Part shown: positions 1-10,800 of the stretch, in pieces
Layout of the letters: each line of letters opens with the position of its first letter
Numbering within the stretch: position 1 is the stretch's first letter
Program-made: the position numbers and the translations under genes
The notes under the pieces: model-generated
What the model was told of the DNA's origin: nothing
What the model saw: only the letters and a program-made list of their open reading frames with translations
Database searches by the model: none
NCBI GenBank assembly: GCA_964643795.1
Contig: CAZXUC010000016.1
Span: 5,102 to 69,101 of the forward strand
From: an uncultured Halobacteriales archaeon
Lineage (GTDB): Archaea; Thermoplasmatota; E2; JACPAO01; JAHFTW01
Direction of reading: 5' to 3'
Length of the DNA stretch: 64,000 nt

Positions 1-1
1 C

Positions 2-319
2 AAGGCGTGGCAGCCGCAGTACCTAGACGAGCCGGACGATCACGGGATTGACGCGGGCCTGGCAAATGCCCTGCGCGTCCTGACGAGCCTGCACGGTGGA
101 CCCATCACCGCAACGGCGTCTGAGCAACGGCGATTCCTGCTCGCCGATGTGACGCCGAAGCAGTTGGCGCCCATCGCCACGAAACTCGGGTGGACCAAGC
201 CCCACCAATACGAAAACATGCGCGACCACGTCGCCGCCACCGCCTTTTCCGGGCTCGCGGGGCCGGCGCCGAGCACGTCGCAGGAGCTCGTGAGGGAACT
301 GAACGATTTCGTTGGCTAG
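2..319 (+). CDS. 3' end of a hypothetical protein running in from the left edge
   Basis: Frame 2 is open from the window edge (KAWQPQYLDEPDDHGID...ELNDFVG) to TAG at 317-319, with GC-rich third positions. It converges on the large minus-strand operon. Confidence 0.6.
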   Translation, partial: KAWQPQYLDEPDDHGIDAGLANALRVLTSLHGGPITATASEQRRFLLADVTPKQLAPIATKLGWTKPHQYENMRDHVAATAFSGLAGPAPSTSQELVRELNDFVG

Positions 320-505
320 CGAACGTGAAGGGGGCGAGAACCCAGCCCTATCGTGGGATGGAAACTATTTGGTGGAATTCTTGCCCATGGCACCTGCAAG
401 TACCGCCGTCAGGGTTGGGAGAACGTTGGTTGAGGGTCATGGCGGCATGCTCCCCGGGCCGTCAACGCGTCGGGAAAGCCGGTTTTGGCCGCCGTCGCCC
501 GGCAT

Positions 506-883
506 TCAGCCGGCCTCTTGTGAACGGGTAGGCTCCGCCACGGATTCATCGCCGCCCGCCTCCCCCACGTCCGCATGCGTGCGCGCCACGGCGAGCATGG
601 AGAGTGCCGTGATGATCGCCATCAGGAGCATGGAGACCGCCACCAAGAATTGACCGGAGCCAACGTCCAGGCTTTGCTCCCAGCGCGCCGAGACCATGCC
701 ACTTCCCGCGCGCAACCCGACCACAGCCACGACGGCCACGACGAGCCGATGCGCCCAAGATTCCCAAAGGATGGCCACGACGTGGGAGCCTTCCTCTAGC
801 AGTCCGTCTGCGCGCAGCATCGCGTCGCGGGCCCTTTGGCGGCGCTGATTCAGCCGCGTCTCGCGCAGCCGGATCCTAGGCAT
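506..883 (-). CDS. small membrane protein, last gene of the operon
   Basis: Two hydrophobic segments. The ATG overlaps the stop of the upstream gene (ATGCCTAG, 8-nt overlap). Confidence 0.65.
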   Translation of the reverse strand: MPRIRLRETRLNQRRQRARDAMLRADGLLEEGSHVVAILWESWAHRLVVAVVAVVGLRAGSGMVSARWEQSLDVGSGQFLVAVSMLLMAIITALSMLAVARTHADVGEAGGDESVAEPTRSQEAG

Positions 884-1478
884 CGTCTTCTCCGGTCTTC
901 GTTCTTCCAGCGCGTCCCAGACGAAGCAGTCGCCACCCGGTCAGTCCCAGCAGGAACGCCGCGACGACGGCCCCGACGGGGCCCACGGATGTCGCGTCGA
1001 TGCTGACCTCCCAACGCGCAGAGACCCAACCCGCCGTAAGAACCAAGACGTGAAAGAGGACCCACGCCACGCCAGCCGCCAGCAGGCAAACGACAATAAT
1101 GCGGCGGCTAGCAAACGCCACCGCCTCGTGGGTGCGCACCCGCCCCTCGGGCGTCACTTCCTGGTCCTCATGCATGCGCGCCTCCAACTTGAAGGTGAAG
1201 TAGGCCGCCACGACGGCCGCGAGTCCCAGTACAGCCAACGTCCCCGAGACGCCTTGCCGGGGCCCAGCGGACCAAGCCAACGCCAACGCCACGCCAAGAG
1301 CGAACTCAAGGATGCCCCGACGCTTGACAAAGACATGGACGACCACGAAGCCAAGCGACACGGCCGCCTGCACGAACACCCACGTCGATTCCAGGTTCGA
1401 AGCCGCATCAGGGACCAACGCAGAGCCAGCCAACAGCGCAAGGCCTGCAATCCACGACGTGGGGTGACGCCAATTCAT
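876..1478 (-). CDS. polytopic integral membrane protein (200 aa)
   Basis: About 5-6 hydrophobic segments. ATGA overlap with the DUF58 gene stop at 1475-1478. Confidence 0.8.
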   Translation of the reverse strand: MNWRHPTSWIAGLALLAGSALVPDAASNLESTWVFVQAAVSLGFVVVHVFVKRRGILEFALGVALALAWSAGPRQGVSGTLAVLGLAAVVAAYFTFKLEARMHEDQEVTPEGRVRTHEAVAFASRRIIVVCLLAAGVAWVLFHVLVLTAGWVSARWEVSIDATSVGPVGAVVAAFLLGLTGWRLLRLGRAGRTKTGEDDA

Positions 1479-2731
1479 CGCAGCACTTCCAATTGCAGCA
1501 TCGTCTGCTCCATGGCTTGCCCCGCCTCAAGGCGCGCAACAGGCATGCCGGAGGCGCGCAGGGCGGCAAGCATCTGGTCCTGGCGGCTCTGCCATACCTC
1601 GTCCGCCAATGACGGCTTATCGCCCCACGCGGGAACAGGCACCAGGACCGCGACGGGGAAGTTGTGGCTCTTGAGGAGAATCAGTGCCTCACGCACCGTA
1701 TCGTCACCCACGAGACAGGACACGACGAAGACCGGCGTATGGGGCCGCAAGTGCGGCAGGATGTCGTGGACCACCACGCCCAGAGGAGTAGCGCCCTTAG
1801 GTTCGAGTCCTACGAGGATGTCGAGGATGCCCTGCATGCGCCGCGTCGAGCCCGTGTGGCGGTCAGTCTTGACGCCGTCACCGTACGCCATGAAGCGGAC
1901 CGGGTCCTGGATGCCCAAGTGAGCATCGGCAAGGCTCAATGCGGCGCGGCAACCCTGGGCAAAGGGGGATTCCAGGCGGTGGCCGACCTGCGTGCCGGCG
2001 CGCACGTCCACGAGGATTGCTATCTCCGTGTTGGTCTCCCGTTCGTGCTGGTTGACGATGATCGTATCTGATCGGGAGCTGGCTTTCCAGTTGATGTCGC
2101 GGGGCCGGTCGCCGTGCATGTAGCCACGCAAACCGTAGAACTCCATGCCGTGACCGGGTTGCGTAATCTCGTAGCGCCCCATGAGGGGCCGCTGCTGGCG
2201 GCTGCGCACGACGGTATCGCCCAGGCCCTCGTAGCGAGGATAGACGCGCATCTCCTCGGGGGTACCGAGCGTCTCCTCCACGAAGGTGAACCCGAAGGGA
2301 TCACCGATGCGCAAGTCCATGGGCCCGAGCCGATGCAAACCGAAGAGGAGGATGCTCACCTGTGCCGTAAAGCGCGTCTTGCCGTGGGCATGCAGCAGCG
2401 CAAAGCCATGGGTGGCACCGCCATCGGCCCGCGCCACGCCAGGCAACCGCAACTTCCACTCAGCCAAAAGGGCCCGCTTCTGGTTCTGGAGCATCGCCTC
2501 CACGGTGAACGTGTCACCCTCGGTAAGCGTCGGGAGATTCGTCTTGAAATCCACGTGCAGCGCCGGGCGCGGCGGCACGACGGCCCCGAAGCCCGCCACG
2601 CCGCCAAGAAACGCGCCGGCAAGAATCAGGCCGGGCTCCTTGGCCACGAAGCCGCCGGCTACACTGGCCCAGGCAAGAAACAGCAAGACGATGAAGCGGC
2701 GGTCGACGTGGATGCTGCGTTTCATGGGCAT
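1475..2731 (-). CDS. DUF58 domain (vWA-like) protein, MoxR partner
   Basis: Two N-terminal TMs, then GPMDLRIGDPFGF, VYPRY, GMEFYGLRGYMHGDRPRDINWKASSR and HERETN motifs typical of DUF58. Directly follows moxR. Confidence 0.9.
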   Translation of the reverse strand: MPMKRSIHVDRRFIVLLFLAWASVAGGFVAKEPGLILAGAFLGGVAGFGAVVPPRPALHVDFKTNLPTLTEGDTFTVEAMLQNQKRALLAEWKLRLPGVARADGGATHGFALLHAHGKTRFTAQVSILLFGLHRLGPMDLRIGDPFGFTFVEETLGTPEEMRVYPRYEGLGDTVVRSRQQRPLMGRYEITQPGHGMEFYGLRGYMHGDRPRDINWKASSRSDTIIVNQHERETNTEIAILVDVRAGTQVGHRLESPFAQGCRAALSLADAHLGIQDPVRFMAYGDGVKTDRHTGSTRRMQGILDILVGLEPKGATPLGVVVHDILPHLRPHTPVFVVSCLVGDDTVREALILLKSHNFPVAVLVPVPAWGDKPSLADEVWQSRQDQMLAALRASGMPVARLEAGQAMEQTMLQLEVLR

Positions 2732-3733
2732 CTACTGTTTGGGGACCGGGACCTTGCTCAAGATATCCTTCACGATGGATGCCGTCGTGACGCCGCGGAT
2801 GCGCGGCTCCGGCTTGAGGATCAAGCGGTGCGCCATGACGGGTTGGGCTAAGCCCTTGATGTCGTCGGGGACCACGTAGGGCCTGCCCCGCATGGCGGCT
2901 TGAGCCTTGGCGAGCTTCAACAACGCTAGCGAGCCGCGAGGGCTACAACCCACGAGGACATCCGGGTGGTTCCGGCTGGCCACGATGAGCGCCGTGATGT
3001 AACGAATCAAGGAGTGTTGAATCTGGATGTCCTCCGTGGCCTTCTGCAATCCGCGCAGGGTGTCCGCATTCATCACGGGCGCGACATCGAAGTCATCCTT
3101 CTTACGCACCTCGCGCCGCATCAAGACCTCCGTTTCGTCGTCGTGGTTGAGGTACCCCATGGAGGTCTTAATCATGAAGCGATCCATCTGCGCCTCAGGC
3201 AACGGATACGTTCCCTCCTGGTCGATGGGGTTCTGCGTCGCCATGACGATGAACGGCTTATCGAGGCGGTGGGTGTTGCCCTCCACGGAGACCTGCTTTT
3301 CAGCCATGGCTTCCAACAGCGCCGACTGCGTCTTTGGTGAGGCGCGATTGATTTCGTCGGCCAAGAGGAAGTTACTGAAGACGGGGCCGGGCTTGAACTC
3401 GAAGGCTCCGGTCTTCCGGTCCATCACGTAAGTTCCCGTAATGTCGGCTGGCAATAGGTCCGGCGTGAATTGGATGCGTTTGAAGACGGTACCACTGGCG
3501 CGCGCGAAGATGGACGCCATGACGGACTTACCGACACCCGGCACGTCCTCGAAGAGGATGTGGGCGCCTTCCGTCAATAGGCAAATCGCGACGTGCTCCA
3601 GGGAGCGCTCGACGCCGACCACGCCCTTGGAGACCTCCTTGATGAGCGCCTGCATGGGGCGCTGGATACGGCTGACGTCGATGTGGTTGTTGGTGCGCGC
3701 GGCCGTGGCTTGCAGTGTTCTTGGTTCAGGCAT
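2732..3733 (-). CDS. moxR: MoxR-family AAA+ ATPase
   Basis: Walker A EDVPGVGKS, RIQFTPDLLPADITG, Walker B LLADEINRASPKTQSALLEAM, ATQNPIDQEGTYPLPEAQMDRF, SPRG. Confidence 0.96.
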   Translation of the reverse strand: MPEPRTLQATAARTNNHIDVSRIQRPMQALIKEVSKGVVGVERSLEHVAICLLTEGAHILFEDVPGVGKSVMASIFARASGTVFKRIQFTPDLLPADITGTYVMDRKTGAFEFKPGPVFSNFLLADEINRASPKTQSALLEAMAEKQVSVEGNTHRLDKPFIVMATQNPIDQEGTYPLPEAQMDRFMIKTSMGYLNHDDETEVLMRREVRKKDDFDVAPVMNADTLRGLQKATEDIQIQHSLIRYITALIVASRNHPDVLVGCSPRGSLALLKLAKAQAAMRGRPYVVPDDIKGLAQPVMAHRLILKPEPRIRGVTTASIVKDILSKVPVPKQ

Positions 3734-4889
3734 GGTGGTTCACTTCCGTCTTGTAACGGTGCAGGAGTCTGTCGATGTCCTCAGGCGCCAACTTCCCTTG
3801 CAGGGCGCGGCCCACTAGGCTGTCGTCGCCGGTTACTTGTTGACGCGGGCCTTGCGGGTCCTGGCCGGTTTGGCGAGCCAAGAGTTGCCAGGCGATGTCC
3901 TTGAAGAAGCCGTCATCGGGTGACAAGTCTTGGGCTTGGGCGGTGGTCTTTGCCAACTCGTGGGGCCGGTAAGGGGGCACGGCGCGGGCGTTGAGGAAGA
4001 GGAGAGAGGCGATGGCCGCGATTAATGCAAGAATGCCCAGGCTCCACGCAAGTGATTCGCCAAGCAACGCGGCGACCTGCACTAGGGGGATGAAGGTGGA
4101 TTCACGCGACGTCCAACCGTGGTGGCTCTCGTCAATGAGGACGGTGCCGCCGTGCGGGATGGTATCGGCGACGATTTGCGTCAAGGCTTCGCGGTTGGCT
4201 GCCGCATTATCCGCAACGAAGCGGTCAGCAAAAGGCGTCGTGGAGGCCACGACGACAATGACTCCACCTTTAGCGTGCTCGAGCTTGGCTGCCACGATGT
4301 GGGGCCCGGGCAGGTCATGGCGATCGACTTGGCCGTTCCGGTCAACGTCGACGTAGCTTTGGGAGCCTGCTTGGAGGACCGCCTGCCAACCGGCGCCGCC
4401 TTCGAGGATTAGGGATGAGGGGATTGCGGCGAGCACGAAGCCCGTGTGGCCTTCGAGGGTGGTGCGAACGATGCGTGGATCGTCTTGGCCAGCATCAAGC
4501 AGTGGGCGGTCCGCCACGGCGGCGCCGAATCCAGACAGGAAGCGGTTGATGATGCCGGCGCCGTCCATGAACAGGAGCGAGCCACCGCGCTCCAAGTGTT
4601 GAAGCCACGCGTCCTGCAACGCTGCACTGGGCGCTTGGCGCGGTTGCGGGACGACGATGAGGGCACTCGTGTCCCGGGCTTCGGAAGCAAGGCCCGAATC
4701 TCCAACGGTGGATTGCACCGTGAAGCCCTCGGCTTGCAGGTGCTTGACCCACGCCGAGAAGTTGGCTTCGCCGCCCGCAAACCCGGTAGGCTCGGGGATC
4801 GACGGGGCGGGCGCCGCGATGGCGACCAGGGCCACGGTAGCGGGGAGCAACGCGATGAGGACGATGCCTGCCAGGGTCCAGCCGTTCAA
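3726..4889 (-). CDS. DUF4350-like (GATase/ABC-auxiliary-like) membrane-anchored protein
   Basis: N-terminal anchor, WLQHLERGGSLLFMDG, N(R/A)..LT...GTVLIDESHH and a C-terminal TM. TTG start overlapping the upstream TGA (TTGA). DUF4350 commonly lies next to moxR/DUF58. Confidence 0.72.
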   Translation of the reverse strand: MNGWTLAGIVLIALLPATVALVAIAAPAPSIPEPTGFAGGEANFSAWVKHLQAEGFTVQSTVGDSGLASEARDTSALIVVPQPRQAPSAALQDAWLQHLERGGSLLFMDGAGIINRFLSGFGAAVADRPLLDAGQDDPRIVRTTLEGHTGFVLAAIPSSLILEGGAGWQAVLQAGSQSYVDVDRNGQVDRHDLPGPHIVAAKLEHAKGGVIVVVASTTPFADRFVADNAAANREALTQIVADTIPHGGTVLIDESHHGWTSRESTFIPLVQVAALLGESLAWSLGILALIAAIASLLFLNARAVPPYRPHELAKTTAQAQDLSPDDGFFKDIAWQLLARQTGQDPQGPRQQVTGDDSLVGRALQGKLAPEDIDRLLHRYKTEVNHHA

Positions 4890-7800
4890 GTGGAGGCCCC
4901 CGATTTCAGGTATCCTTCCATGGCCGCGATGATGTCGTGCAGGCTTTGGCGTGCCGTACTTGCCTCAATTGGCCCACCGGGCCCAGTAGAGTACGTGGCG
5001 CGCTCGAAGAGCTTCGTCAACGCGACGGCGGCAGTGGGTGGAATCGGCGCCACGGATGCCAATGAACGCATGAAGTCCCGCACCGAATCCGATGCGAACT
5101 CTTCGTGACCATGCAAGTTGGCAGCTTCGACCAACTCGTGGTAAGTCTGCTTCACAGTCTCCGACCAGGAAGCGCCCGCCCCAATGCGCTTGTCGGCAGC
5201 CTTCAATGCATCCAGGAGAGGATCCCTTAGACGCATCCTGCGCCACGCGACGAACCCAGCCCCTGCCGTGGCGAGGCCCGCCAGCAGCAGCACTGCCGGC
5301 GTCCAAGTGCCGACGAAGGAGCTCTTTGCCGTCTGAATCCCGACGAGGGCCACTTCGCTGGTGGTCTCCGTGGGCCCGTAGGTGGCGTCGCCTCCGTAGC
5401 GCACGAGCAGGCTGCCCGAGCTGAGTGGTGGCACCGTGACGGTGGCGTTTGCGGATCCTTGCTCATCGGTCTGGACGACCACTGCCTGGGTGTCGCCCTC
5501 GAAGCGGATGCTGACGGGTTGCTTCGGCAAGGGGTTGCCGTGCAGGTCGGTCAAGTAGACCCTCACATCCACGGGCTGCAGGGGCCGCACCGGCACCGAC
5601 GGGCCGTGCACCGTCAGGCGGGCTCCCTCCTTGAGCAGGATGTCCTGGGAGCCGACCGCGGGTTTGAGGCCGGTGGAGCCGGCGAAGGTGGACGCCGCGG
5701 CGGAGGGTTGCAGTGGCGTGTCTGCGGGGACCGGCAGGGCCGCCGAGGCGACGCCATCGCTTGCCGTCGTTGCATCGACGGCCACCCCGAGGAAATTGAA
5801 CGTGATTGTGGCTCCTTCCACGGGCTTGCCTACATCGTCGACGAGGGTGGCGCGCAGGGTGAGGTCGTTGCCTCGGCCCACGACCTGCGGCGCGTAGAAC
5901 GCCAGGTCCGGCTGGACCACGAGCGTCCCGGAGGCGGTCGCTTCGGAGCGGGCGAACGTCTCGTTGCCTAGGTGGACGGCTTCAACTTGGAAGCGCCCCG
6001 GGGTGGCATCAGAGCCCAGCGTCAGGGTCTGGTTGAAGGTGCCGTCCTCCCGCGTGCGCGGTTGGCCGATCGTGTCTTGGCCGAAACTCAAGTTCAGGGT
6101 GGCGTTGGCGATGCCTTCGCCAGTGGTGGTCTTGAGCATGCCCTCGATCTCGTGGGTGCCCCTGCCGAGCTCGCCAAGGTCCTCGAGGATGAGGATCGTG
6201 CTGGTGGGAACGAGCAGGACGACCTTCTTGTGGGTCGCTCCGTAGGTGCCGTTGGCGGAGCCGGAGTACACTACCCGCACCTCATGGTGGCCCAGGGCGA
6301 TGTCGTCCGGGACCGTCCACGGGACCGCGAAGTAACCTAAGGAGTTGGTCAATGCGCGCGTGATGTTCTCTCCATCGAGCTGGATGGTGACGTGCTCGCC
6401 GCGCAGGTTCTCGCCCGTGAGCCGACTGAGGCGCCCCGTCAACTCCAGGACCTCGCCCCGCCCGGCCTGCTGGTCTTGGAACGTGATGGACGTGGGAACG
6501 ACGAGGCGCAGCGGCAGGATGGATTCCTTGCCCTCGATGGTGCCTTCGCCGGCGTACGCGAGGCGGACCTCCCACAGGCCCGGCGCCAGGGTCGTGGGCA
6601 GCGTGAAGTCTGTGGCGAATTCGCCATTCTTTCCTGTCGTGGCAGCAGCCACTTCCTCGCCCGCCACGAAGAGCGTGAGGTGCCGGCCTTCGAGGCCGGT
6701 GCCGTCGACGAGGGTGAGGCGGCCGGAGGCTGCCAGGGCCTCACCGTGGCCAGCCGTGGCAGGAATGATCCACTCAAGCAAAGATCCCGAGACGACGGTG
6801 ATGGTGGTCGCGTTGGTGGCCCCCGCCCACTGCGGCGTGGCCTTCACCTCCGCTGTCATCGTGATGGTGCTAGCGGTGATTCCTTGCGTCGAGAGTGTCG
6901 CCTGGGCCAGCCCCTGTGCGTCCGTGGTCATCGTGACCTCGGTGCTCTCCAGGATGAAGCGGACGGGGATTCCGGCGGCCGGTTGGTCTCGGCTCGTCGC
7001 CTTGACCTCCATCGTCACCGGGTCTCCTGTGCGAATCGTGCCGCTTGCCGGCTCGAGCTTCACCAGGGCGAGGTCCATCGGTTTCTGCAATTCGACGTCG
7101 TGGACGGCGCTGCTGCTTTTCTTCAAGTCGTCCGTGTCGTCGAAGTGGGTCTGGACCTGGAACTTGCCGTCCAGGGGGGCGGAGATCATCCACGTCGCTT
7201 TGCCTTGCTCGTTCGTTTCTTCGGTAAGTGACTGCTGGCTCCAAGAGAACGTCACCCTGACGTCTTGGCCGGCAAGGGGACCGCCTGCGGCATCCACCAA
7301 TGTTGTGGTGACGGGGAGGCGTCGGTCATTGGACCATGCCAGGGAATCTGGTGTCTCCAGCGTCAGTTGCGTGGTGCTCTCCACTGTGACGGCGGCCGGT
7401 TCCGTCGTCGCTCTGGAAGTGGCATGGTACGTCGTTCCTCCCACGTCCCGGTTGATGAAGTGGGGATGTGCTGCGTCGTCGCTGCCAAGCGTGGCAGACG
7501 TCGCGTACACGCGGACCACAAGACTGTGCTGTCCACCCACAGGGATGCCGTGTGTGGGGATGGTCCAGTCTACCGTTCCTTTGTCCCTAGAATGCGCGAC
7601 CATCCCGTCGGTCGGGATGGTGACGGAGCGTTCCGTGCACAGGCATGCCTGGATGGTGAATTTGCCCTGGGCATCGGTGAAGGCGACGCCGAGACTCCGA
7701 TCCTGGCGCTCGGGGTCATCGATCTGGAGCGTGACGGTCCTCTTTGCCACAGCCTGGCAGGAATTGCCTGTGAGGACGCAGACTTTGCCGGATACCTCGA

Positions 7801-10800
7801 ACTGCACCATCTTGCCGATGGTTGCGGGAAGCGCGTCAACGGTCAACTCGACGGGAGCCTGCAGGCCCGCCGGGTCGCCCTGCCCTTTCCACGCGTTCTG
7901 GCACTGACTCGGATTGCCTGCGCACTCGCCCCACGTCTGGGCGATTGCCTGCAGTGCCAAGCGGCCGATGGCCGGGTCCGACATGGCGACCCGGGGGTGC
8001 TCCTTCGGCGTCGCGCTTCGGTTGGCGGCGGGGATTGAGTCCTCGCCGTTGCGGTCGTCCAGGCCGTCGCGGTCCATATCCGACACGCAAGGGAACGCGG
8101 CGCTAGGCGTTGCTCCCCACCACCAGACTCCCAGGCGGGCCTCATCCCACCATGCGGGGCGGTTGCAGGAGTACGCAGCGTGGAGTGCCGGATGCCCAAT
8201 GTTGGGGGGTACCTGGTTGTACTTTTGCAGCCATCCGTCCGGAATCCCGTCCACGACGGATGTTCGCGACACTGGATCGGTCTTCCCTTTCTCGCCCAGG
8301 AACGTGAACACCTTCCCGTCCGCGCTGACGCTGTGCGCGATGCCAAGGGCCCGCCACTTGGCGATCAGGTCACTGGAATGCGTGGATTGACCGAACGTCA
8401 ACGAGATGCTGCTGCCGTCCAGCAGGCCGTCCATGTCGGTATCTGCCAGCCCAGGGTTGGTGCCTTGCGCCAGTTCCTGTGCGTCCGTGATGCCATCGTT
8501 GTCCTGGTCGCTTCCGGCCGACCCGGCAAACCCGTCGAAGGGGTTGGTGGGGTCCATGCCGGCGATGCTCACCTCCGTGGCATCTTGGATGCCGTCGCGG
8601 TCCGTGTCCTTGAGGCAAGAATCCATCCAGAACCCGGCGAACCTCGACGTATAGACGAAGAGATTCGTGAGGCCGTCGCCCGCCGGAGTCTGGTCTGCAT
8701 CCCGCTTGGTCGAATCGAGGCCGGGGCAGCGGCCGTAGAACGCCTCCCATTCGTCGTCGAGGCCATCTCCGTCGGTGTCGCGCAGGTAGGGGTTCAACTG
8801 GTGTTCCTGGTCCCGCGCGAAGGTGTGGCGGTACGTGCCTTCGATGACACCCATGCGCACGTTCTTCGTCGCACCGTCCTCAAGGATGTCCGTGAAGCCG
8901 GGGTTCTGGCCCTTTCCGTTGCTCGGGTCCTTCGGGTATTTCTCGGCGTTCTCTGCGTTCAAGAACGTGCCGTCGGCTCCCTCCGGCACCTTCTCGATGC
9001 GTCGGTAGCTGATCTCTCCCCCTTTCTCGCCGCTCATTTTGAGTTGCTCTCCGTGCGGGGCCAAGAGGTTCTCGAACTTCGTCTTCAGGCCGGCCAGCGC
9101 GGCTTGGTCGGGCACCTGTGCGCCTGCTGCCCCAGCGTCGACGAGCTGCGGGTATTCACGGCCCCAGAAGTGGAGCCAGCCTTCAGTCACGCCGTCCTGG
9201 TTCTGGTCGGCGATGTTGGGATCCGTTACCCGCACGCGCTCCCAGTGGTTGGTGAAGGCGAACGTGTGCAGGGTCGGTTGTCCGCTGGGCGAGTAACTGA
9301 ACCACTCCACCACGTCATCGTCCAGGTTGCGTTTTTCGTCTGTGATGCCGTCATTTTTGGAGTCTGCCTGCGCCGGGTTCAGGGTCCATCGGCCGCCGTC
9401 CACGCGTGCGTACTTGGCCTCCCAGCCGTCGGGCAACGTGTCGCAGTCAGTGTCCGGGTTGGCCGGATCAGTCACCGGGCGGGCGCGTTCCGTGGAGAAT
9501 TCAGAGAACCGGTACAGTTCTGGCCGGACTTCCATGCCTGTCGGCACGTCGTCGCCGTCGGCGTCCCGGTCGACGAGGTTGGGCACGCCGTCGCCGTTGA
9601 TGTCGCCCAGGGGCCCGAATAGGCTGGGCAGGTCCTGCATGGAGGCCAGGCCGGTTTGGATAGCCGGGAGCGTGGCTGCCCAGGCCCAGTTTTTGCACAA
9701 GGACCCCGTGAAGGGGTACGGTCCATCTACGCTGAGTGCGTAGGCGGTCCAGAAGTCCCACGCCTCGCCATCGCTCAGGTAACTGCCGGCACTGTCGCGC
9801 TTGTCGGCATGCAGCAGGGGCTGGACCCATTGGTCAGGCACCTCGCCTTCGGCGCCTGGGATGGGGAGGTCCAGGACCGATTCCGGGTCCGCATCGGTCC
9901 AGAGTCCGAGGTCGATGATCTTGGTCCCGTCGGGCAGCCCGCTGAAGGCAGTGTCGGAGTTGCTAGGGTCGGTGGGCTTGAACGCGATGCCTTTTCCGTC
10001 GAAGAGGGCGCGGCCGAAGTATTCCTGGCCATCGGTGAGTCCGTCGCCGTCGGTGTCGCTCAGGGTGGGGTCCGACGAGACGTGGCGCCATTGCGGCTCC
10101 GCGGTGGGCCCGAGCCCGGTCGTGACTTGGATGTACCAGCCGCGGATCTCCACCGCGTCCGGGATGCCGTCGCCGTCCGTGTCGGGGTCCGCTGGATCCA
10201 GGGAGTTCCACCAGACGCCAGCGACGGCCTCGTCCCACGTGGAAGGGCGTCCGTAGGTGTAATGGTCCGCCAGGGTGAGGCTCAGGTCGGCAAGGGGGGC
10301 TTGACCAGGTGGCGTGGTCGTGAGGTTGCGTGCGTGCGGGAAGTCGGATGCGCGCTGCAGGATGTGGCCCGGGGAGACCGCCAGAGGATCGAGTCCATGC
10401 GTCACCAGCCAACCATCGGGGATCACGTGTCCCTTGGTGCTGATGGTGGTCGGTGTGAGGCCTTGGCCGGTGATGGCCGCTTCCTTGCCAAAGCGCGCGA
10501 GGTTGTAATCCCACACTTCCTGCACAGTCATGCCCTTGCCACGCGTCTGCGCCCCGCCGATGCGTTCGTTCGTCGGATCGAGGCCGTGGGCGACGAGCCA
10601 GCCGTCCGGGATCCCGGTTTGGCTGGTCGAGAAGCGGCGCGGATCGGTGCCGTACTGGTTCACTTCGGCGCTGTCGGATAGGCCGTCTTGATCGGTGTCC
10701 GCCACGCGCGGGTCGGTGGCATGGACGAAGTTCTGGTAGACGGTGAAGTCGTCCTTGGCCAGGCGCATGGCGGCGACCTCGGCGCCGGCCTCAGGCCCGA

